A stretch of DNA of 61,127 bases, filler included, from Platydemus manokwari (Eukaryota): the NCBI GenBank assembly GCA_037951405.1. It is 6 parts of 6 records of this genome, joined end to end, with 100 filler letters (N's around TTAATTAATTAA, not from the genome) between each part and the next. Parts side by side here need not be neighbours in the genome. Positions count along the whole stretch, not along the records: positions 51,073 to 61,127 come from JBBMOY011173656.1; 5 more parts are not named here. One strand, 5' to 3'. The position numbers and the translations under genes were made by a program. Positions 52,076-61,127 of this stretch are shown here, piece by piece (within the stretch, counting starts at the first letter, position 1; the number at the start of each line of letters is the position of its first letter). The notes beneath the pieces were generated by a model. The model was given only the letters and a program-made list of their open reading frames with translations. It did no database searches and was not told the DNA's origin.

Positions 52076-55000
52076 CTAAATTTTTAATTTACAAATTTTG
52101 TTCAAAATTTGTTCAATTATTTACTAATTTCATATTTTTACAAGAATTTATTTAATTATTTTCAAAATCTTAATTCGAGAAGTGTTTCAATTCACTATCA
52201 AGAGAATCCATTTGATACTCATTTTTTATGCACAATTAATGAATTTTATATTCTTAATTTAATTATTCACAGTCTCATGGTTATTTCTAACCTTGTGGTA
52301 TTTTAAAATCACACAAATGTCTCCATATTCAGATTTCCATTAATATTCTTTGTTGAGAGAATTTTTCCGGCCATCTAGCAGGACACCTTATACTTTTGTT
52401 TCGAGGGTTCTTTACTTTTACATTAAAATGACGTTATATATTATCTTGAGTATATTCAAATTATTTTAATTAATTGAATTAATATATTTTATTGATTTGT
52501 TGTTATTCTATTGATTCTAATGTATTTATTATTTTTATTTCAAATATTATTTTAACTATTCATGAAGATTAAACTGCAGCAACAATCTTATCTATTGGAG
52601 CCTAGATAAGTTAAAGATTTTAAATGAAACCCTTCTGATATATAAGTATTAATCAATATCTTTCTATAAAACATGCAATTGTATTTCAAACTTAATTAAT
52701 AATGATATTCATGTGAATGATCAAAATTTCTAGCAGTATGGTAAGAGTCTAGTTAGACAACATGAGGAAGTTATATCGTATTAAATTGAATAATCATAGC
52801 AAAATCACTATCCACAGACTCCACTTATCTCAATACATGTTCATTAATGGCGAAATAAAAAAGATCAAACAATTAAGATTAACTTACTACCTGAGGGTCA
52901 ATGAGAACCCAATTACCGGTTTTAAATAATTAAAAGTGACGACAAATGCATAAATATTAAAAAAAAATCAGAATTACAAAACTAAAGCTGACTCCAAAAG
53001 TAATAGATTGGTCAAATTAACTTTTTCTTAAATAAATAACCAATATTTTAAACAATGCATATATTTGTTGGAAGTCCCTCCTAATCAAAACTCAAACTTT
53101 TAATCCCATACAAATCCTAGTTTTTATTTTTAGAAAAATCGAAATCCAAACTTCCTATTCTTTAGTATCTCTTAGTATAAAACCCAAATCCAAAAACTTT
53201 TCTAGATCCAACAGAACTAACATTCAACAATGTAATATAAGATGTACATATGAAGCACAATGCATTATAATATACAAATAATATATACCTTTAACTATGG
53301 ACGTAAAACTCACCCGAATCCAAACTCAAATCAACTCATCTAATCCGAATCCAAAGCTGGCCTCAACCCCATCAATTGCTACAACATTAAGCCCAACACG
53401 GCAGTGATGACAATGATTCTGCTATTACTATTTTATGTTCATTCTGTGTGACAATTTTATGGTTAACAATGTTACTGTTGTGATTATTTTATGTGTTATT
53501 CAATGTTGACTTATAATTCAATATTTTCTTGTTTGTAAATTTATTTTTATGAATAATGTAAAAAAGCGGAGGGAGAGAAGTCATAGCAGATTTTAGGAAT
53601 GATAATATAATAATAAGTACGATAAATATTAATATAGCAATACTTCAAAATTGCGAATAAATATATCAAGTTAAATGATAAAAAATATAACAAGATATAA
53701 TAAGTTATAAATATAATAATGTATTAGGATAATAACAAGAATAATACCATATTATAATCAGGAATAAATATAATAACGGAGTAGAATTATAATAACATAA
53801 AATATTATAAATACAAAATAAGAAGAAAAAAACATAAATCAGTATTGGAAAATTATATCAGAAATCATAACAAGCACATACATGAATATAAAGAAATTAA
53901 AAAATAATAAAAGCGGAGGCCATCAATAACGGCCGATTAAGTTACTAAAAAGGGAAACGTGGGGGATGGCTCAGCATGGTATAAATATCAAGCTTAAGCT
54001 AGCACCACACACCAATTTTTACTCACCAATTTTAACCACTGAGCGAGGATACTACTGGATCATTTAATTCACACTGAAAGGAATAATTCTAAGGAAGGGA
54101 AATTGTCGAACCAACCAATGCGAACATTTATTCAAAAGAAGCTTGTGCATCGAGGATATTTCTTTAATCATTGAACGGAGGTCAGGTTTTATTTTATTAT
54201 GAAGTTAGTCGTCATCTCATTTTTATATTTAACGTTAATACCGTACATTTTTTAAGTATTTGAATTTCGCCTAATTTCATCACTTTTAGCTATATTTTAT
54301 AATTGCATTTTAATTGTCCGCTTCGGATTAAGCTGGCTATTTGCTGAGGCAACGTGGCGGTTATTTGATAATATTTTTGTGTTGATAACTTCGGCTGTTT
54401 TTTTCCTTTTTATTTCTGAAATATATAAATTCCTATAGCAATTGTCTTCTGAGTTTTGAATTAACACATCATATCTAAAGTAAATTATAACATACATAGT
54501 CCGAATAGCACCGATACATATTTGAATAATAAATTTATTAAATTCAGATTGAAAAGTCAATCAGTCTATCAGGTTTTCTCATCACCATTAAATTTAACTT
54601 GATTAAGGTACTCATCGCCTTAACCTTATTAAACCCTTTAGATAAAGTCAGTAACTGTTTTTCCAATAGCGTGGTCCTCATACTCGTCATTGAAGCCCCT
54701 TAGAGCCAGTATATGAATAACAATATCAACTACCGATAATCAAATTTAATATATTTTCAATAGCTATTATTTTTTTGCAGATTCGTGGATCATTTTGTTT
54801 TGGTTATATGTTCAACATGGGCCTTTAGCTTGAAGTCCATTTTGAAATTCTATACATGATTTAACACTGAGTCTGGGTTATGACTTTATTATTTTATTTC
54901 TAATATGAGTTATGTACTACCGGTTGAAGTACGATATCAACCCAGTAGGCATGTGCATCGTTATCAAAAACGCAAGCTATAAAACAATGGTCAACCAATA

Positions 55001-55876
55001 AAGCTTCTGATATCGAATATATATAAAGCTTAAAATTTCAATATTTACGAGTCGTATTCACGTATGAGTAACATTATGCTCAGTGACTTTTACCAACGTA
55101 ATTACTATTTGTTAAATCTCCAAAGCTTTTAATTGAATTTCAATAACAACTATTCAAAAATAAAAAATTTCCTTACAAAAATTGTCCATTCAAAATTATT
55201 TAATTAAATTTATAACTATCTTTGATAATTGTTAGTGATAGCTACCTCATTTAAAATTTGAGATTCGTTAGAATTATTTATTTAAAAGTTTTACGTAATA
55301 TTTATTATCCTAAACAAATTAAACATTTTTAAACAAATTACAATCTTCTCAATCTTAATCAGGAATATATATTTATTTAAATTTTTTGAAAATTAGTTCA
55401 AATTAAATTTTCAAATAATTCAATAAAATTCGAATTATTTAAAATTACTTAAACTTGTTACTTTTAATTTTTTAATTTCCCTCATTATTAAAATAATTTA
55501 TAAAAAAAATTAAAATAAATATATCATCGTAGTTCGTTCAACTCTGATGAAAAGAAATACAATGTTCATTTTTGCATAATAATTATTTCTAACAGATATA
55601 TGTTATGTTGTAAACTTTAAAAACATTATAATTGTTTTAATTGTCTTTAAAGACATTTATAATGCTGACACAAATGATCACCGCTTAAGGCTAAACTTCA
55701 TATTTGCTTCAATTTCAACAGTATTTACTGATAAAATTATTTCAATTAAATCTAAATATTTAAAACAAAAATTAATATCATAAATGAAAAATAGAGCCAT
55801 GAAACGATTTTTATGAAGAAAATATTGTATTTTCTGAATAGAAGTACTATATATTTCCCAATTTTTATATAAAATC

Positions 55877-56448
55877 TCAATAAGTTCTCCACAAAACATA
55901 ATACAAATCATTCATTTTGAATTGAAAGGATGCTCCTTGTAAGTTGGAACAATCAATTGCATATTCGCCTTGTCCTATAAATACATGCCATTCTCGACCA
56001 TATTGCTTATTAAGATAATTTTGTAAATTTTTACAGACATCTTGATAATCCTTTTTATTGCTTTGGTTAACTAGATTGTGAATGATTTTCAAAAAATGTT
56101 CTTGTAGATTTGATTGTAGATCTTCATGGATTTTTTCAATTTTTGGCAATTTCTCTTGTTTCACTACAACATTTTGTGATCCTGATGTTCTTTTGGAGTT
56201 TTCACGAGGCACTAAACCTAAAGTATTACAAAAGCTTTCAATAGATATTCGCCCTTGTTCATCGGAAGAGAACAGAGACATCCAATTCTAATGTATTTTG
56301 TGAAATAATTTATGAATTTCTATAATTATACTTTAACAAAATTTTCCTTATAATTGTTTTCTTTCATATACTTTTCAAGTTCCTGTTCTGTTATAAATCC
56401 ACTCCGTTCTTTATCCACAGCATAAAAGGCATCGAGAAAAAATTCCAT
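55877..56448 (-). CDS. Tegument-allergen-like (TAL) protein: N-terminal EF-hands plus C-terminal dynein light chain-like domain, 175 aa
   Basis: Exon 1 56448-56332 MEFFLDAFYAVDKERSGFITEQELEKYMKENNYKENFVK, 44-nt intron, exon 2 56287-55877 NWMSLFSSDEQGRISIESFC...CKNLQNYLNKQYGREWHVFIGQGEY...YYVLWRTY*. Confidence 0.92.
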
Positions 56449-56834
56449 TTTCAAGAGCTTAACCTTTAAATGATTAATTTATAGAAACGTTTGTCTTGAC
56501 AACTGAAACCAGTAAAAAATTACACACCAAAAGTAATAATTAACTAAATTATTTTTAAAAGTGATTTTTCAATATCAGTTTTTGAAATTTAACTCATTTT
56601 AATAAAGTTAGACAGAAATTCAATTTTTATAAATAAAAATTAAGGAAATAAATTGTATTATAAGTCCTAAAAACCATTTAATATACAATTTGATTACATA
56701 ACAAATGTTAAAATTGTGTCATAAAATTATAATTGATTTTAAGAAGATTCTGATAATAGAGTTCGTTTTTCAAACTTATACTTGTTTTAACTGTTAATTA
56801 AAGTTACATAAATAAATTTCAAAATAGAAACTTA
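56449..56834. promoter_or_regulatory. Putative bidirectional promoter region between TAL and RPS3
   Basis: Only 386 bp separate the two divergent start codons. Confidence 0.5.
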
Positions 56835-57583
56835 ATGTTTAATTCAAATAAGATATCTAAGACTAGAAAGGTAAGCAATTGTAAATTCTTCCAATATTTA
56901 TATAATTATTATAGGTTGTTAGAGACGGAGTTTTCAAAGCCGAATTGGACAGATTTTTTCAAAAAGAATTAGCTGAAGATGGCTATTCTAATGTTGAATT
57001 AAGAGCAGCTCCAAATAGATACGAGATAATAATAAGTGCAACAAAAACACAAAATGTTTTAGGTGAAAAAGGTCGTCGAGTTAAGGAACTCACAGCTGTT
57101 CTACAAAAGCGATTTGATTTGAATGAAAAAGAAGTTGATATCTTTTGTGAAAAGATGATGAATCGAGGACTTAGTGCTGTTGCTCAAGCCGAGTCTCTGA
57201 GATATAAATTGCTTGGTGGAGTGGCTGTTAGGAAAGCTTGTTATGGAGTTTTACGATTCATTCTTGAAAGCGGTGCAAAAGGAGTCGAGGTTGTCGTTTC
57301 AGGAAAATTGAGAGGGCAGCGAGCAAAATCAATGAAGTTTAGCGATGGACTTATGATTCACAGTGGATACCCAGTTACTGAATATATTGATGTTGCCGTT
57401 CGACACGTTGAGTTACGTCAAGGCGTTCTCGGTATCAAAGTGAAAATAATGAAAGTCCATGATCTTACTGGAAAAGTCGGACCCAAAAGACCTCTGCCTG
57501 ATTCCGTCAGTATATTGCAACCAAAACTTGAGGTTCCGATCTTGACTCCTCGCAGTGAAAATAAACCACTAACAGCTAATTAA
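56835..57583 (+). CDS. RPS3: 40S ribosomal protein S3 (uS3), 234 aa
   Basis: Exon 1 56835-56870 [12 protein letters not shown]|gtaagc, 44-nt intron, exon 2 56915-57583 [72 protein letters not shown] follows the stop. Confidence 0.98.
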
Positions 57584-57899
57584 GTTGAAATAAATATTTC
57601 AGGATTTTTTTTTATTTTGTCCAAGTATCTAACAATGAAATTTTAATATTTGCATTCGAGATTCGTAGTTAATTCAAGCAATTTGAAGTTAATTGTGTTT
57701 GAGAAAATTTTGTATAGATTTTGAAAGTTATCTTAACATATACTAACAAATATCAATTATTACATGTGATTGTTTATTCATTTTTAGTAATTATTTATTA
57801 ATTAACATTTAAAAATTATTGGATAAACAGTTTAAGCGACTATAAGTGATTCAGAGTTTTGTCTTCTGGGTTATGAAAGGAATCTCTGTTGTATAACCA

Positions 57900-58520
57900 A
57901 ATTTCTAAATCAATAATTTTGAAATTTTCACTTGTAATATATAGACATTGGTTAATGAAAATTTAATCTATTTTTCACATTAATTATGCCACATGAAGCT
58001 AATGGTGATAAAGGAACTTCATATTTCGTACATCTATCTCTGTCTAGCATATTGAACCTTATCCTATTTATTAAGACAAACGCAGTCGGATTTTTTATTG
58101 AAATACTTTTTTTAATCAATAATACACAGATTACAACTTAATATCAATAAAAAGTCAGAATTATGAGTTTCTAGAAAGTATAGAATTGTTGTTCCCGTTG
58201 ATTCCAAATATCACCTTGTCCGGATCCTCTTATTTAATTTCTCCAATGATTGTTCCGACTCTATAATCGAGTAACAAAAATAGGATTAAGTTTCTTTTGC
58301 AAAATCAAACAAGAATCTTGATTTTTTCAATCCCTTCTTTAACTCAAACATTGGTCCAAAAAGATCCAAATCACTGTAATGATATTTTATTAAGAAAACC
58401 CGTATGTGAAAAGTGGAGATGATGTCAACTATTTATGATCGATTATTCAAGTGCTTTTAAGTTAAAGATGTTTCCATCAAGGCTCTGACTACTAACGGAT
58501 AATTAGATGTAAACACTTAA
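57900..58520 (-). mobile_element. Degenerate non-LTR (L1/Tx1-like) reverse transcriptase fragment
   Basis: Ordered relics LKALE.IDHK..TYGF (KAFD.IDH..L..YGF), FELKKGL (F.L.KGVRQG), LNPIF (LSP.LF). Confidence 0.5.
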
Positions 58521-58804
58521 TCGATAATGAATAACAATTGTTAGTAATAAGATTTTAATAAGGAAACATTTATATACAACAATTACGATTATATATATCG
58601 TTTTATTTCTAATTATGTTAACACATCATGGCAGGTTATTTGGTTAGTAGCAACAGACAATTGCACAATCACTACCCAATACACACCATGCATACAATAT
58701 TCACATTTCCATTTATGAATATCCCTTAAAACAATAATATAAAGTTTACTCAATATAAATCAACAACCGTGTTGTGGTTAAATTCTGAATAACCAAATAA
58801 CTGT

Positions 58805-59310
58805 TGACTCCAAAAATCGAAGGATGTGAGATTTATTTATTATTATTTAGGCTTCTATTACTAATCACTCGTACTCACAAAGTATCACGAAATTACAACC
58901 AAATCTTAAGTTTAAACTAGTACACGTACGAATCAGTAAGACTCTTAAATTCAATACAATGTCTCAAAAAACACAACCAAAACCTGGCTTTCAATTGGCA
59001 GTTGGTCATCTTTACATCGGTGTTTATACTAGAGATCTGTGTGTAATTGTTTGTAACACATTTTGATTTGATTTTTACCTCCACATATTTCTATTGGACT
59101 TTTGGTTTTTTTATGTGCGGGGTTGGTCAATTCCTATGTGTCTGTTGTTGTGTGGCTATGTCCTTTTTCCAATTATTGTTTTCCATCTAACTCAATTGTG
59201 ATTGGTTGATTCCCATGCTTGTATTACTCTGTAGGAATGCAAATACTTAAAGTACTAAAACAAGGGTTCCCAGGTGCAAATCCCTTTTTCTTTGGCAAGA
59301 TTTCATCTCA
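58805..59310 (-). mobile_element. LTR copy with adjacent PBS-like motif
   Basis: Aligns with 21270-21588 (CATCTTTACATCG, GAGAT.TGTGTGTAATT, TTGGTCAAT.CCTATGTG, CCATCTAACT, AAAGTACTAAAA). On the minus strand it ends AATAAATCTCACA, followed by TTTTGGAGTCA at 58805-58815. Confidence 0.75.
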
Positions 59311-60278
59311 CTTAACAATTGTGTAATTTAAATATATTAAAAGTAGTTATTGTGTCCTGAAGATAATTGAAAAATCGACAAGGAAACTAAGTGCCACCCT
59401 ACTTCGATATGAAAATTTGGTTAAGAGTGAAGTTTAAGCTCCTAGAAATTCTGTCAGACTTTCTGGAGTAATACTTTAAAAAAATTATAATTAATCTCCT
59501 TTCGGGGATGGATAAAACTGAAATAATGAAAACCACAAAGAAATTTATCATGTTTATAGCTGAGTTTGAATTTGAATAATAAATGAGAATGAGGATTGAA
59601 ATCTCACAGATATTAAGAGTCCTATAATTCAGAAATTAATGTACCAATAGCTCGTGTTTAGTTTCCTTATCAAAAACCTGTTCTTCGGTTTTGTGTCAGG
59701 CATTTCTCCTTTGGACTTCACAGATAAGGTTGTTACTGCTTTCTGTCACTCGATATTATGGTGACAAATAGTATTTAAAATATAAATAAGAACAATTGAA
59801 CGAAATAGAACATATTTTATTAATTAGTAAATATTTCAGAACATTAAAGTCCAATACAGATTCTAATGTGATAAAAAAGAATCCTCTAGCAAAAGGTATA
59901 GGGCGTGCAGCTTTGGTGGCCGGACAAGTCTCTCTTAAAAATACAGGGAGAACCAAAAATCGTGATTTAATCAAAACCATAAATGAAAATTTGCTCATGA
60001 TCATGAAGCTGGAACTGAGGATGATAATGATTCTAGAAATCGTAATAATGATAAACTTCTTTTTAATAGAATGAGCTGGACAATAGATAAAATCAAACGC
60101 TCATACAATTGATAATTATTAGTCGGATATAACGAAATTTCTGATAAAATTTTGTAGATACGAAATTGTACACTCGTAACTTGTGCTTTCATAACTGTGC
60201 GTCAACTGACTGTTGTCGTTGATTTATATGCTGTTTTGTGTGCTTTGTTTGCATTATTAGGTAAATTTCCTAAATTTG

Positions 60279-60404
60279 TTACTATTCTTAGTAACATTTA
60301 CACGTCAGTGCTAAATTTAGTAATAACTCACAATTTTAGTCGATAATTTCACTAAAATGGAGTGATCTATTTTTTAGGACTGACGTAGTTACTAAAAATA
60401 GTTA
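60279..60404. repeat. Short inverted repeat (MITE-like palindrome)
   Basis: ACTATTCTTAGTAAC..ACGTCAGTGCTAAA mirrored by TTTAGGACTGACGT.GTTACTAAAAATAGT. Confidence 0.55.
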
Positions 60405-60875
60405 ATGGTGAAATTTCTTGTGACTTTGAGGTCAGACAAACAATTTGATTATTTTGAAGCACTGAAACAACTATAAATTTAGATATATTTAAACACTATT
60501 TAATTTGTAATAATTTTTTTAATTTTCATTTTTTGGCTTGTTGTTATTTTTTATAAATTATGCTTATTTATTAAATAAATTTGTATATTAATATTTATAA
60601 TTATTTAATCATGTGGTTGGGTTCAAATGGGTTCCCCACTATTTATTAAAATAAATGAATACTGCAAATTATATTCTTAAAAAAATGCGCTATTCAGCAC
60701 TCTCATGTACATAAATAACAATGTATAAAAGACTGCATTAGCGAATAAAAACACAATGCTGATCGGTTTAAAACTGTCAAAAGGCCATCTTTGCCAAGTT
60801 ATTTATTCTTGAATCTTGTGTGTATCTTTATGAGTTAGATTTTAATTTGATACTCAATTTATCAAATTGTTGCAG

Positions 60876-61040
60876 AATGGGATTGGGATCAAATAACGCA
60901 TCAAATCAGTCAACAACCGGCTCGGTGAGCTCATCCTCCATATCTTCCATACATCAGAAGATCAAATCGCCTCAACAATCAACCTCCTCCTATCAGAGTC
61001 TACATTGGAAGGTAAACATGGACGATTATCAGGTGTACCG
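60876..61040 (+). CDS. Coding exon of an unidentified gene (Ser-rich; ends in a motif resembling the approach to a protein kinase domain)
   Basis: Acceptor ttgttgcag|a ATG GGA and donor CG|gtatga; MGLGSNNASNQSTTGSVSSSSISSIHQKIKSPQQSTSSYQSLHWKVNMDDYQVYR. Protein-level similarity to 13345-13470 supports coding status. The rest of the gene lies beyond the window. Confidence 0.6.
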
Positions 61041-61127
61041 GTATGAAATAAGCGTTAAGATACAAATATGTTGGTAGGGAAGATTTGTTGTGAACAAGCC
61101 TTAATTTTTATTCTGTTTGGTTGGAAT

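Noticed and set aside
1-61127. CRISPR arrays, rRNA, tRNA or spliced-leader RNA genes
   Set aside because: No repeat-spacer array, rRNA signature, cloverleaf or planarian-type SL sequence recognised by eye; a covariance-model scan would be needed to exclude divergent copies.

Overview
Very AT-rich eukaryotic DNA, not prokaryotic. The window is six unrelated ~9-11 kb pieces (1-10050, 10151-19659, 19760-29026, 29127-40191, 40292-50972, 51073-61127) joined by artificial 100-bp spacers (N44-TTAATTAATTAA-N44). Genes carry many short (40-58 nt) GT-AG introns, so the ORF track misses most of their structure. An EF-hand + dynein-light-chain (TAL-type) gene points to a flatworm; low GC and short introns suggest a planarian (inference). 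Well-supported genes: a 14-exon, 3'-truncated DDHD1-type phospholipase, a 1.6-kb DNAH5/8-type axonemal dynein exon, exon 1 of a divergent alpha-tubulin, RPL39, RPS3 and a TAL gene. Less certain: a 399-aa orphan ORF, the spliced 3' end of an unknown gene, and decayed ion-channel-like sequences. The rest is largely transposon relics (LTR/Gypsy-like, TRIM, Penelope-like, L1/Tx1-like, pogo-like, MITEs). The most notable items are a hammerhead ribozyme core inside a TIR-bounded element, a complete ~700-bp TRIM, an H/ACA snoRNA candidate in an RPL39 intron, and an alpha-tubulin apparently nested on the same strand within a dynein intron. No clearly novel multi-gene system can be supported.
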